In this document: piece by piece, positions 12,461-25,148 of the stretch
Layout of the letters: the number at the start of each line of letters is the position of its first letter
Position numbering within the stretch: the first letter of the stretch is position 1
From: Tubulanus polymorphus
Taxonomy: Eukaryota > Animalia > Nemertea
DNA: 64,000 nt
Assembly: GCF_964204645.1 (NCBI RefSeq)
Contig: NC_134029.1
Span: 17,602,950-17,666,949, forward strand
Direction of reading: 5' to 3'
Made by a program: the position numbers and the translations under genes
The notes under the pieces: model-generated
The model's database searches: none
The model's input: the letters and a program-made list of their open reading frames with translations, nothing else
Told to the model about the DNA's origin: nothing

Positions 12461-14050
12461 TCGACTTTCCAGACAAATTATTTTCATAAAATGTAACTCC
12501 TCTCAGATTCGACTACTAACAGCTTATAAACGTAATTTTCAATTCTGACAGAAATATACCTTCGACCGTCTGACCGTTTCGAATTTGCGTATACGCAAAT
12601 AAATTACTATATATATAAATTTACTATGAATTAATCTCGCGTAAAAGAATTTTACCATGTCAGAAGAGCGAACAAGTTTAGTTCAGTTTCAATGCTGGAT
12701 CACATCAAAAACACGGTATACACATAAGTGCCATATGCCAACGGGAACGATTAGTTCATGCAACTCTCATCGGAACTATGATCGAAAGCACCAAACAAGG
12801 TGCATCAGTACTTTTTACGTGGCAGCCCTTGTGGATACACATCCCGGATATGTGTCGCGCTACTTTAAAATAGTCCGGCTATTCGGCGTATGTTATAAAC
12901 TGATAAGAACAATTTTGGCGAAATCTTTGTGCGCTTCCGAGTGCGATTTAAACCAGCAAAGCAGAAACCCGTTGTCGCTGTTTCGTACCTATATTATTTT
13001 CTTTATGTTTTCTGACAAGAGGTTTTTCCTCATTGATACACTAATGTACCTTAACAGAAAAATTTATCTTTTTTGGAATTGTCATTTATTTGATTGAAAG
13101 ACTTCGTTTGATTTTTTCTATTTGGTGTCCCTTACAAATCCCCCACACCTGCCGGGATCGAAACAGCGGGTTTGATTTTCGAAATCCAAGTACCAGGTAC
13201 AGATAGTTGTGTGATCTGCGGTAGAGTTTACATATTTTTTCGTCTATTAAATCTAAGTGAATTATTGGGAAATTCGGTTCCGGTTCATTCAAACAATCTT
13301 CCAACCAGCCCGAACCGGCGAGTGACTGATTGGCAGGCCTAATGACAGATATATCTGTCATTAGGCCAGGGGACCTCAAATTGCTACCGGGAAGCAAAAG
13401 ACCAAATTGATTACGATTAAGAAATTCTCATCACGTTTTTTTCTCACAATTAAATTTCATGTAGTGACCTTTTTCAACTTAATTTTCTAATCTGGTGTTA
13501 CGATTTATAGATGAACCTAAATTCAACTTTATGCGATCTTCCTCCTACCCGTCGCTGCAATAAATCCTGGCATTAGTTGTCACTTTTTCAAGTTTTAACT
13601 ACGAATTAATTTGACTTTCATTAATGTTATGCTGCTCATTGGGCCCACATCTACTTGTGTACTTTCATAATGAAACAAAATTGAATTAAATTGACTGATT
13701 TTCCTTTTCCAGTTTCATTGACAACAATTAATTTTCTCAGTTTTCTAAATTTACTTGCAAAATTAAATCAAACTGTGACGAGGCGTCTCATTTCATCGAC
13801 CACATTTTACGTTATTTTTAATTAAAACTTCTTTATCCCTTCACTCGTGTTATTCTTGTCACCTATAGTCATGTATTTTTGATTTAAAAACAATAAACAT
13901 TTATTGAATTAATTGTGACGTTGACTTTGTGGTAATAGTAGAAGTCTTACAGTCGTGTTATTTTGTATACCGCAGCGGCGTGCGAATTACGAGGGTCGAA
14001 TCCTGATTTATCAGAGCCGCGAACTGAACATCGACCATTTTAGCGCAAAC

Positions 14051-17000
14051 ATGGCGGACTGGGGTGAGGGCAATTTATTTCCGCATTGAATAATCAGTTA
14101 TATTTAGGTGAATGAGACGTGATCGCGACGATGATTATACATAATTCCAATTTCAGATGACGAGGATTTTGAGCCGACGGCTATTGCAAGCCAACCAACG
14201 GTTACGGATAAATGGGAAGGGGAGGATTCCGACGATGAAGTGAAGGTAAAGAATTCATATGTCCTCGAAGAAGTCACTGGCTGAAGTGACGACACTGTCC
14301 TGACTACTGTCGGTGATAGGCACTGTCCTCTTCCAGTGCCAATTTCGGGGATCAGCTGGATGAATTCTCATGGCAAACTATCACTTTTAAGAAAGGAACT
14401 CAATATTAGAGATTACCTTAAAAGTCAAAGTTAAACAGAAAAATGCCAAAAATGAATTGTTATTGAAAAAATTTCCATATGCTCTTAAAAGAAAGTAAGG
14501 TATGGCCTAAGGGCATACTACTCTCTATCACAAATGCCTTCGGTATAATGTTTCAATTCGTACTTTTTTTATAAACTAGTTCATATACCTTTATTATGAA
14601 CAAATCTTATCAGAACAGACTTCCTTCATTCTTGTTAGTTACCTAATCGTTGGTGGTAAGCTTTTTTAGATTCAGCGCAGCTGAATCTATTAGTATTAAA
14701 CAGAGTGTTTTAGTTGGATTTGTTTGATCGCTATCTCGAGTGTGAAATGATTCACGGGCTAAGGTCTGCATTAAGTTGGCTGTTATAAAGCTAAGTGGCG
14801 ACTGCTTTTGAAAGCTATTGATGAAACCTAAATTGAGTAAATTGGCAATTTTATGCCGTTTTGGGGATTTTTAGCGATGTAGTGTGACGTCATCTTGATC
14901 TACTAACGTAAACAAATGAGCGGAATATTGTACAACATTTGCTGTCGAATTTACAAGTAGGCTTTTTATTACTGATGCAACATATCAAATTCTTCAATAA
15001 GAAAACTACAGAAGAAGAAATAAAATTGACGAGGATTTTTCATTTTCTTGTACTGTGCCGAAAATTGCATCTCGGTGCGCAGCATAGTTTGCAGTATTTA
15101 TTATTTAGGGGAAATGTTTTTAAGCCATCTTGGTGTCGTCAGCACTCATTCATAGGTGGAAAAAAGTTTTTCCACATTATATTGATACCTAAGCATATTT
15201 TGTCACAACAATCAATTGGAAAGTTTTAGCTTAACGTGTGCCAAGATTGTGGTGAGTTTCAAGGACATTAGTTATTCTATATGGTCACCAGTGGGCGTTG
15301 AATAGTAGAATAACTTAGTATTTCCTTATTAGATTGGTACTTAGGCATATTTTGTTACCATGATCATTTGCAAAGTTGTAGTTTATGACATGTTCTATGA
15401 TTGTGGTGAGTTTCAAGGTCATTGGGTTTGCGTATGGTCATCGGGGGGGGGGGGGGGGTGTTGAATAATAGAATAACTTAGTATTTCCATATTAAATTGG
15501 TAACGAGGCATATTTCATCACAATCAATTACAAAATCATAGCTGCTGACATGTTCTATGTATTGATTGTGGTGAGTTTCAAAGTCATTTGTTTTGTATAT
15601 GGTCGCCAGGGGGCATTGAATATTGAAATTGTTAGATTGTTGAGTATTTGAAACCACTTCCCAAGTGGGCATGGTGTCCCTGGAACCCTAGTTAATTTCA
15701 AAATGCCGTTTTTAGCCCACTTGGGACTTTAGTCCCAGCGGGCTATTGCATTCACTTTTCGTTCGTCCGTCCGTCCGTAGACGGAATCCAGTTATTTTGG
15801 GAAGTTTTGAAGTCGCTTCAATGTAATGTCTTGATATTTGGGTTACACATGTATCTACCCTAGACAAAACTTCAGCCCAAAAACTGGCCCTGTCAGAATC
15901 AAGATGGCCGACTGGCAGCCATTGTTGATCGCCAAAATCAGCACTTTTTACACGTTTTTGAACTTTCTGAGGGAAATTTTGAAGACGCTTTAATCAATTA
16001 CCTTGATCTTTCGTATATACTTGAATCCCCCAGGGCCTATCAGCATAACAAAAATTGGGTCGATCGGACTCAAGATGGCCGTCTTATGACCTTTTAAGTG
16101 CCCAAAAATGTCAATTTTTTGATATTATATTAATATCTAAGCATATTTTGTTACAACAATGAATTAGAAAGTTGTAGCTTATAACGTGTTCTAAGATTGT
16201 GGTGAGTTTTGAGGTCATTGGTTTTTGTATATTGCCACCAGGGGGCGTTGAATAATACAATATCTTAGTATTTCTATATTATATTTGTACCAATGCATAT
16301 TTTGTTAGCACAATCAATTGCAAAGTTGTAGCTCATGACATCGTCTATCGATTGTGGTGAGTTTCAAGGACATTAGTTATCAGAGATGCTAGTTTTCCGG
16401 AAATATCCGGAATTCCGGAAATTTAGGATCGCCGATGTCAATTCCGGAAATTTGGTGAGAATTCCTCGCGGCGACCAGTAATGGCACGGACCGTAAAAGC
16501 GTTCGTTTGCTTGTACTCGTCGTCGCTTCTGTGTTATTTTATCTTGGTCTCCGTTTCCGAGGATGTTCTGCTACAATGTATATATGTGTGCTTGTGGTGG
16601 TATCTGTGCGTGCGTAGGTTGAGTGCCACTGTTGTGACGCCATTTCGTCCCGCTGACGGCCAACAATGTGAAGATGCACGTGGTAATAATTAAGATGATA
16701 TTTAATAAATATCATCTTAATTATAACCATGCGCGTGCTATGTCCTGAGGCACGCAGCTTTGTAACTTTCTTTTTGCCTGCAGCTGTCAAGCGGGACGGT
16801 CTGCAAAATGAGCACGCACGGAAAGATTGTCAGTCGGGAGTCGGCCGATATAAAGGCAATTGACAGCGGTATAAAAAATAAATTTAACTGGCACTGGCTA
16901 GAGTGTAAGGACAGTAACAGGGACTATTTATCGAACTACATTCGTAAGTTAGACTTAGCTGGCGTGGCGTACTGCGTTGTTTGTAAAGACCAGGTCAAAT

Positions 17001-20000
17001 ACGGTAGTGGCGGGAAAAAAGATATTCTTCGTCACCCGGATAGCGCGCGGCATAAGAAGGCAGCGAGGGATGTGAAGCACAACGAATGCCTGCCGTCGTA
17101 TTTTCAGATGAAAGATGCTGATCGTGATACTGCATCTCCGGTGATGCAAAAACGCAAAATTTTTCCTGGGGGAGAATTTTTCTGACCCCCGTTCTAAATT
17201 CCAGAATTTTGGTACTTTGGCCCTAGCATCTCTGAGTTATTCTATATGGCCACTAGGGGGCGTTGAATAATAGAATAACTTAGTATTTCCTTATTATGTT
17301 GGTACCTAGGCATATTTTGTTACCATGACCAATTGCAAAGTTGTAGCTCATGACATGTTCAATGATTGTGGTGAGTTTCAAGGACATTGGGTTTTGAATA
17401 TGGTCACCAGGGGGCGTTGAATAGTAGAATAACTTAGTATCTCCATATTAAATTGGTAACGAGGCATATTTTATTATCACAATCAATTACGAAATCGTAG
17501 CTGCTGACATGTTCTATGATTGTGGTTAGTTTCAAGGTCATGGTTTTGTATATGGTCACCAGGGGGCCTTGAATATTGAAATTGTTAGATTGTTGAGCAT
17601 TTGAAACCACTTCCCAAGTGGGCATGGTGTCCCTGGACCCCTAGTTATAAGTTGTGCTACCCTCGACAGTGGTCCCTGCATCAGCCCTTGCACAGACGCC
17701 AGAAAACAGGCAATGGACATCATTACCCATTCATTTGCAATAAAAAATCCAGTAGGTGGTATCGCATGGAAGCTTTTTTCAGCATGACACTAGCGGATGC
17801 TAAATTAACGAATATAGTTTAAGGAAATATAGTTTATAGTTTTCTGAAAGGAAGTCTTTCTAATCCAATCGTGCAAAATAAAGGTAGATGAACTGATTAA
17901 GCTTACCATACTGATGAAACTAGTACATTTCCAGCCATTAATTCGACATAAATCACAATGATAGGTAAAAGTCGCTCAGTCATTACAGTACCGGGTATGT
18001 TTGATTACTAGTAACAAATTTTCAACTAGTTTTGGTACCCAAATAATCTAAGTCCATATTTTTCCAGTGCCCATGTACCGGGAGCAAATTACTTTGGATA
18101 TAGTAAGGGACTCCTTATACAGCATCTAGGGACACTGTCATTTGGAATTCCTAAACTGCTAAGAATCCTCGTTCTATTCAACAATTTTATGTATTCTGTC
18201 TAGGACAACTGGGACGATGACGAAGATGAAAAAAAGCAGCCTGAAAATGGAGAAAGTGGTATGTGAATAATGTGACAAGCTATTGAAAATGACAGATATC
18301 CTAGGCCTGTAGCCAGGAGATAATGAGGGCAGTTCTTCAGTTGCAGATTCGTATTCTGAGTGAAAAATTGACATTTGCCCAAAGTCTTTTCTCCTATCTG
18401 CCTAGTTCAATATCTAGGTCCTCTATACTTAGAGAAAAAAGGATAATCTAACTCTGGAAACCGTTAAGATTTTCCCCAAACACCTCCCCCCGTTAAACAA
18501 TATATGAGATTAATCTAACAAACCTAACATTTTGTTAGATCATTCGATGAACTTGACTGGAGTGAAATGATGTAAATCTCAGTGTAGAGTTAACGAATAA
18601 AACCCACAGTTACTTCTGTAAAAACATTTTATTGCCTTACAGTTACGAGGTTTAAAACTAAACCTCATCTTCTAAGGAACAAAAAATACAAATCTTTTAT
18701 TTTATGTTTATGTTTTATTCGTTAATTCGGTGAACTATTTATTCCTGGAAATTGTTCATTTTTAGGTCCCAAAGCCGTTCAAGTGAAAAAGAAAAAAAGT
18801 CTTAAAGAAATCCTGGCAGAAAAAGAAGCACAAAAGAAAAAGACCAATGAAGAACGAAAAAAACAAGTAGGTTATGATAAATCATAAATACCAATCGTGC
18901 CTTGGTACAATTCAAATTATGCCAAGTTTGTGATAGGAATCGTGTCGACTGCTACTATTGAATTGAATATTGTAACAAGATGAGAAAAATAAAGAGTTTT
19001 CAGGGAACTCCTTGTTTTTCTCATCTTCTTTTAAACGTTTCATTTTTGGTGATAATCTTCATTTGATACCACGATAGTTGAAAATGAAAATGCAGCTGTC
19101 AGTCTGTTGCTTTTGACTGACCACCTAGACCAATAACGGACTAAATCACCAGGCAACCAAATCCATCCAACATGTTGGATTCAGGTGATTCAGCCACCAG
19201 GATTGATAGCCAAAGGCATTTTATGGGATTTTTACTGACGATTCAATCGCCAAACTAAATCACCCACAAAAAATAACTTAATCTGCTTTACCCACCTCGT
19301 GTCAATAGTCTCTTTCATCTAAACTTTTGCCCCTTTAATATAAGTACAATTTAATGCATATTTTGATCAGCCTACCATGCTTACTCGTGATTATCAGCCC
19401 TTTTTAACTAACTGCCAGTCTCTCAGGATTCGCCATAAAAATGCCTTAGTATGAATTTCTGTTTAACGCATAATTTTTATGTCCGATGATCTGACAGTCG
19501 GTAACCACCATTCACTACACTAGGTATCGATTTCCAACTCTATCATTTATTCTCTATTTATCGCCAAGAAAAATAAATGATCTTTTTTTGCGATGAACTA
19601 TCACAATGATTCATAGGGCTATTGCTTTTCCATGCTAGTGACCGAGTGCAAAGCCACGCATCATAACATTGTTATGTAGGTCAACAGACAGGGTACACGC
19701 AAAGTTCATATCTCAAATATATTGTTCTATACATTCAATCAGTGATCGATGGCAAAGCCAGCGAAATGTGCTTACTCGTGCCGACTGTTGGAGTGAATAA
19801 ATTAGCAGTTCTGCGTGTATCCATCAAAATATTGAAAAAATTAACTTTTGGTTTTCAGTTACATGTACTTAAATTGTTAAACTCGAATTTGGTGAACAAT
19901 CCAGAGTGCATTACGGTATTTATTTCAGGAACTCGAGTCAAAAAGGAAACTAACCCCTGAAGAAATGCTCGAAGAAAAATTACGGAGACAGAAGCTTCAA

Positions 20001-22296
20001 GAGGAAAGTGATCTACAAATAGCTAAAGATGCCTTTGGTGAGAGCTCTATATTTTCATATCAAATCAACAGAGATAATGAAAGGTCGGGTCGTCAGATTT
20101 CTCTTGTGTTTTTTCATTTTGCAGGCGTCACCGAAAAATCAGATAAATCCGGAATCGATGCCATGGATCCGACGTCTATAGAAGAATTCGATGCCTTTGA
20201 AACTGCTCTGAAAAATAAAATTATCAAATACGAAGTAAGTAATATTGAAGAATATGTTGAGCTCCAATCCCGATTCATTAATTCATTGATCATGCCTCAT
20301 ACTGCTCAATTATGACGTCTGAATTTGTTTTTTATAATATGTCTATAGAAAATATTGGTTCGCTGCGAGTTGCTCGATTTGTTGTCGGTACCAATTCTCA
20401 ATAATTTACTTAAACTTATGCAATTCTGGAATAGAAATGTTGTGTGAACCAAACTTGAGGTACACCCATGAATCATGTTTAGCCTCTCTGTACTCGCTGC
20501 TAGATGATTTTTAGTTGGGTTCTTGCCACTTCAGTCCTCTCAGTAACCTAGACATTCTCGAATCATTGACGAGATAGCAAAATACGTTAAACCGGCTACG
20601 ACGAGTGACTGGTAGGAAATGCGTTGAATAAAGGTAGAAAGGCACCCTCCCTGTTGATGAAATATTTTCATAGCTTTTGTCAGACCCAAGTGTCTTGATT
20701 TTCAGAATTCAGTGTGCTATGTAGGTTTTGTAGACAGCTTGATACGAGATATAACAGCCGGAAGTAAGTGATAAATTCCTTTTCTCTTAGATTTGCCTAC
20801 AAGAGAGGGAAAGTACGCACCATGTATTCCCGTCGGTCACATCATCTCGATCAGATTCAAAATGGCCAACCAGTTGCGTTTTGTTGCCTGCTTGGGGCTA
20901 TTGCTTTCACTTTCTGTCCATCCTATATTTATAAATGACATTAGTTGACAATCTTCTCCAGAATTGGCTAGTCCTGCAGATATAAGTGGGTATGGGGTTA
21001 TTCTTCGGACAAACTTATGACAAAGGCATATTATTACAAAATATTATCCAAAGATCATCAAATCAAGCCTTTAACTTTATACATGATTTTAAATACTATT
21101 GTGATTGTTTTACAATTTTCAATTTGCAGTGGACGCCGATGATTTAAAGAAAATTACTAGTTCATTAAATGCAATAGTGAATGAAAAACAAAAGCTGCTA
21201 AAGGTAAATGAATTAACTAAAAAACGCATCAGTGAATGTGACATTCATTAGACTTTCCTTTGATCCTCTTTGCACCATGTAAATAAGCTGGGAGTTATAT
21301 TCTACTGTCTTGACATCATCCAGTTCGAATGCCTCTGAGGAAGAAAAGGATATTTAGGCTAAAAAATGATACCTTGTTTCTCCTTATTCAATTCATTTCT
21401 ATAACTGCCGGGTCTGCTATGGTTAGCTTGATCATGATTTTTGAAAAAGTAATGTACAAGCTATATAGAAACGAAACAACAAAAAATCCTTGCAACAACA
21501 AAATGAGGCTGAAAAAATTGATACCTTGTTTCTCATTTCTGCTGGCTAGAATTCTCATAAACTGGATTAATTTCTTTGATCTGAATTAACCCATTAGACG
21601 CCGCAACTTCACGTTCCAGAACAACAAACGTTTAATAAGCCAATTGAATTTGCATATGACGATTATTTGTAGAGTAGCCGTGTTAACCTGGTTTAAAATA
21701 AGTAACGAGACGAGTAGTACTATATAGGTTCACTATTTATTTGACGCGCGAGCTTTCGCTACTAATGAATAGAAGCTTCATCAGGTGATTGATTCCTTCA
21801 CTCATTCACCTGATGAAGCTTCTATATATTAGTAGCGAAAGCTCGTGCGTCAAATAAATAGTTAACCTATACAGTACTACTCGTCTCGTTACTTCATATA
21901 AAGATTGGTAGAGATGCAGTGTGAAAACTACTGAAAATGATGCACTACAACCATTGGTTATTTTGAAGATAATTATACAGGCTTTCTATTGCTGTATAGA
22001 TTTGTCAATCATTGGTCAAAAGTTTGACCTTTGACCCCCTCAAATGATAGGTGGCGCTACAGTACAGCGGACATTGGCAGACGTTCTGCGGGGATACAAG
22101 TCGAACGTCGGCGGTCTAATGGGTTATGCAAGTACTTTTACTGAACATACCTTTTGCAACCTTGTCGCGGGACTGATGAAAAGTATCTATTTTGCAGGCT
22201 CAAAAAGGAAAGAAGAAAGGAAAGCCACTTGTGAAAGTTGATAAAGCCGCTGATTATTATGGGGACGATCTTGGAAATGAATTCGACTTTATATAG
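14051..22296 (+). CDS. EIF3J: Eukaryotic translation initiation factor 3 subunit J; exons 14051-14063, 14157-14245, 18204-18258, 18766-18866, 19929-20037, 20125-20234, 20706-20763, 21130-21203, 22198-22296
   Basis: Spliced translation MADWDDEDFEP..TDKWEGEDSDDEVKDNWDDDEDE..KKKKSLKEILAEKE..LTPEEMLEEKLRRQKLQEESDLQIAKDAFG..IDAMDPTSIEEFDAF..DDLKKITSSLNAIVNEKQK..EFDFI*. All introns are GT-AG. Confidence 0.95.
15123..15691 (+). mobile_element. 5'-truncated Helentron-associated interspersed element (HINE) with 154-bp tandem units
   Basis: Same repeat units and the same 3' end (CCCAAGTGGGC-ATGGTGTCCCTGGA.CCCTAG) as the full copies. Confidence 0.8.
15709..17644 (+). mobile_element. HINE (Helentron non-autonomous, DINE-1/pearl-like), interrupted by a hAT-like insertion
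   Basis: 5' TTTTTAGCCCACTTGGGACTTTAGTCCCAGCGGGCTA palindrome, (GTCC)n microsatellite, ~154-bp tandem units, 3' sub-TIR CCCAAGTGGGC, GTCC-CT-GGAC hairpin, then CTAG|TT. Confidence 0.85.
16381..17234 (+). mobile_element. Internally deleted hAT-like DNA transposon retaining an N-terminal zinc-finger ORF (16808-17185)
   Basis: Perfect 12-bp TIRs CAGAGATGCTAG/CTAGCATCTCTG, 6-bp TSD AGTTAT (16375-16380 and 17235-17240), subterminal TTCCGGAA repeats, ORF with KNKFNWHWL..CVVCK..YGSGGKKDILRH....H (BED-like). Confidence 0.8.
21700..21894. mobile_element. Palindromic Penelope pLTR-like element with a minimal hammerhead ribozyme motif on each strand
   Basis: Arms of ~90 bp are inverted copies. The + strand reads cac-CTGATGA-agcttcta tatat tagtagc-GAAAGCTC-gtg..AATAAA, and the same motif lies on the - strand at ~21747-21787. 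Confidence 0.75.
21807..21847 (+). ncRNA. Minimal type I hammerhead ribozyme motif (predicted cleavage after C21844)
   Basis: Core CUGAUGA (21810-21816) and GAAA (21837-21840); stem II GCTTCTA/TAGTAGC; palindromic AGCT in place of helix III; UC cleavage site; stem I CAC/GTG. Confidence 0.65.
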
Positions 22297-22840
22297 TACA
22301 CGCTAAATACAGAGACTATTTAAATAAATACTGGACGTAAATTATCCAAAGTTCTTTCAGTAAACCAGCATGCACGTGTTTATTGCTGTTCATCATAGGT
22401 CATCTTGTTCTATATTCAGTGATTGATGACCAACTGCCAGGAATATTTCTCATCTTCGCATGATATTGAAGAATAATTCAGCCTTCAAAAAAGCCTTTAA
22501 TCTAAAAGAAAGCCAAGTGCACTCAGCAAGAAATAAACGCCGTTGTGTTTCAATTATTCGTTTTACCCTTTATCGCTACAGTAAAACCATGTTTCGGAGC
22601 AACGCAGACACTCATGAAAAAAAGCCAGAAAAGCATCTTGTGTTTCTTGTTTCAGGTATTCGTCTGTGTGCTACCAGGGTCCCTATGACTCCTTGATTCC
22701 TTAAAAAAACTCCTTAACAGAAAATGTTTTTTAAGTTGCTTGAAAGTGCTTTTAATTTGAACAACATGCCTACAACTCCTATAAAACTCTTTCAATTTTT
22801 AGAAATAGGCAATTAGAAATTTGTGTCTAGCTTGTAATTG

Positions 22841-23008
22841 TACAGTAAACTACACCCAAATCAGTTCAGTTGGGATTTATTCTAACCCTATTAGGCGGTT
22901 ACCAAATTAGAGTTTAGTAGTGTTAAGGATACAGATTTGCATACAAAACCACTAAATTAATGGTTTACTGAGATAAACAATATCGATTTATAGGAGGAGT
23001 CTACTGTA
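22841..23008. mobile_element. Tc1/mariner (pogo/Tigger-like) MITE
   Basis: TA|CAGTAAACT...AGTCTACTG|TA termini. Confidence 0.55.
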
Positions 23009-23374
23009 TTGGAAATATGAAAGTGATGTAGATACTTTCCTGAAATGTTCTCCTTTATAAACACTCATATCCAGGAATGACTGATATGTATTAGGGACCT
23101 TGGCTAGGCTTAATGTGAGTGACGATCTGCAGCCTGGCACAACTATAATTCAGACATTCACCATTCTTGTGTGAAGTCTTGCGAGTTGCTTTTTGAAAAG
23201 TGTAGCGATAGAATGTCTTGTGATCAAATATAGTATCAATGTCTGAGGGGTAAGGTCCAAGCCGGGTGCAGATACCTGCATATGGTCTCTGTTCTTCCTC
23301 TTACACCCAATAGGCCTATATTAATACAACATAATCTAATTGTACAATATTGTACATAAACTTGTATTGAATAA

Positions 23375-23548
23375 TACAGTGGAACCTCATTACAGCAAAC
23401 TTCAGGGGACCAGAAAATATGTTCGTTATAACCGATAGATTGTTATATCCAGTATGAAATTAATCAAATTTAAATCAATACTTGGGACAAAATTCTTTAT
23501 ATCTGATGAATCGTTGTATCCAAGTTTGTTAGAACGAGGTTCCACTAT
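23375..23548. mobile_element. Tc1/mariner (pogo/Tigger-like) MITE
   Basis: TACAGTGGAACCTC ... GAGGTTCCACTA TIRs. Confidence 0.65.
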
Positions 23549-24491
23549 TGTTATACAGTAGAATTTCTTACCAAAACATCCGATCAGACTACAGTAAATC
23601 TACTTTTTTTACTGAAATATGGAGTTCTTACTAGATGGTCTTGTGACATTTTCATACAACTAGTCTATCCTTGTATGTTCATGTACTACTTAATGGTGCT
23701 ACTTGGGTTTAGGAAGCTTGACTGTAAATACCTGTGATATTTGGTATCATACATTTCATGTACACTTCTCAACTTGAGCAGACGGCAAAAATGCATGGGA
23801 GGGCACCCCGAAACCTTGAATAACACTGGAATACAAATTTTCTAAATGCTGGATAAGCGACTTAACTTATATATAGCATGCTCTTCATCTTTGTGAGATT
23901 CTAATACTACCGTTTAAATGTTGTAAATTACTCACTGATTACAATTAATCATGCCCAAATGTGCAGGAGTGATAATTGTCGACCATCGATAAACTGGGAG
24001 ATACTGAAAATCTTGCGTACTGGAATACAGGCAGTTTTTTATGTGAATACTGCTAACAGTAAAGGGATTAAGCGCTGATAAGACCCTGAAAATCCTTTGG
24101 CTCATTGGGTGTACAGCAAGCTATTCCGAGATGTACATTGGCTGCCAATGTATTGGTATCAGTGCTCAAAACTGTTTACTGAACATACATCTCTGATACT
24201 GCATTTTTTAAGTCATGTATTAGTTTTCTAACTGTTCACTTTGTGACCCGAAATATAGCAACAACGGATTCTTTAAATAAATTTAACAAATGAACAATTC
24301 CCGAGTGAAACAATTCCCGAGTGAAAATGTTTTTTATGCCAAAAGTGTATATTAAATTATCAGTACAAATGGACCATTCATATTTTGTGTATATATGAGG
24401 ATGGCAGTAAGGGAGATACAATTTTGTGGAGAGGGGTTGAAAACCAGTTTTCTCTAGGGGAGTAGTCTAATCGTAATGAAGAAAAGTACAT

Positions 24492-24631
24492 GTTACTGGA
24501 TCTAACTTTGAAAACTGGGAATGGTATAAGATCCCACTCCGCTCGAATCTATCTTCAGTAGGTTCCTATCATCAGTAGGTTCAATTGGGATCTTTTATCA
24601 TTCCCAGTTTTCAAAAAGTGATCAAGTAGAC
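24492..24631. repeat. Imperfect palindrome / MITE
   Basis: TTTGAAAACTGGGAATGGTATAAGATCCCA versus TGGGATCTTTTATCATTCCCAGTTTTCAAA. Confidence 0.6.
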
Positions 24632-25148
24632 TATACACACAACAAAGGCGTGTATATATGAAGTAGATTTTTGAGGGGGCAAGTAAAATTTCAGATATGC
24701 TTGCCCCTGGGCTTATTCCTTAGATCGGACCCTGATAATATATAAAGCACCTTTGGCAGGGGGGTTTGAAATGTCATTGGTGGATTATTTTTACCGTTCC
24801 ATATATGCTACCGTCGGTCTGCTGTCTATCCACCACCCTCAGACAATCACATTTTGAATGGCGAAGTCTGAACGAACACATGGTGAATATCCATCTAAAA
24901 ATTGATGGTTCAGACATGACACCCTAATTCATTTTCAAAGAAACGCCTGGACGCATATGTTTTGTGAAAGTGGTGAAGGTCTATCGAATGTCTGTCAGGG
25001 GTGTGTGCAGACAGCAGGTTGATAGCTGCATTATTTCAAGCAATATCTGAGAATTGGCAAAGAAAAATAAACCAAACCAACTACCTGCACATGTATTCAT
25101 ATAAATTATTTACGATTTATTTGACTACCGGTAATTGATGATAAAATA

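Noticed and set aside
24550-24590. Two CTGANGA motifs on the minus strand within a palindrome, as a possible hammerhead
   Set aside because: No stem II followed by GAAA and no UH site at a suitable distance.
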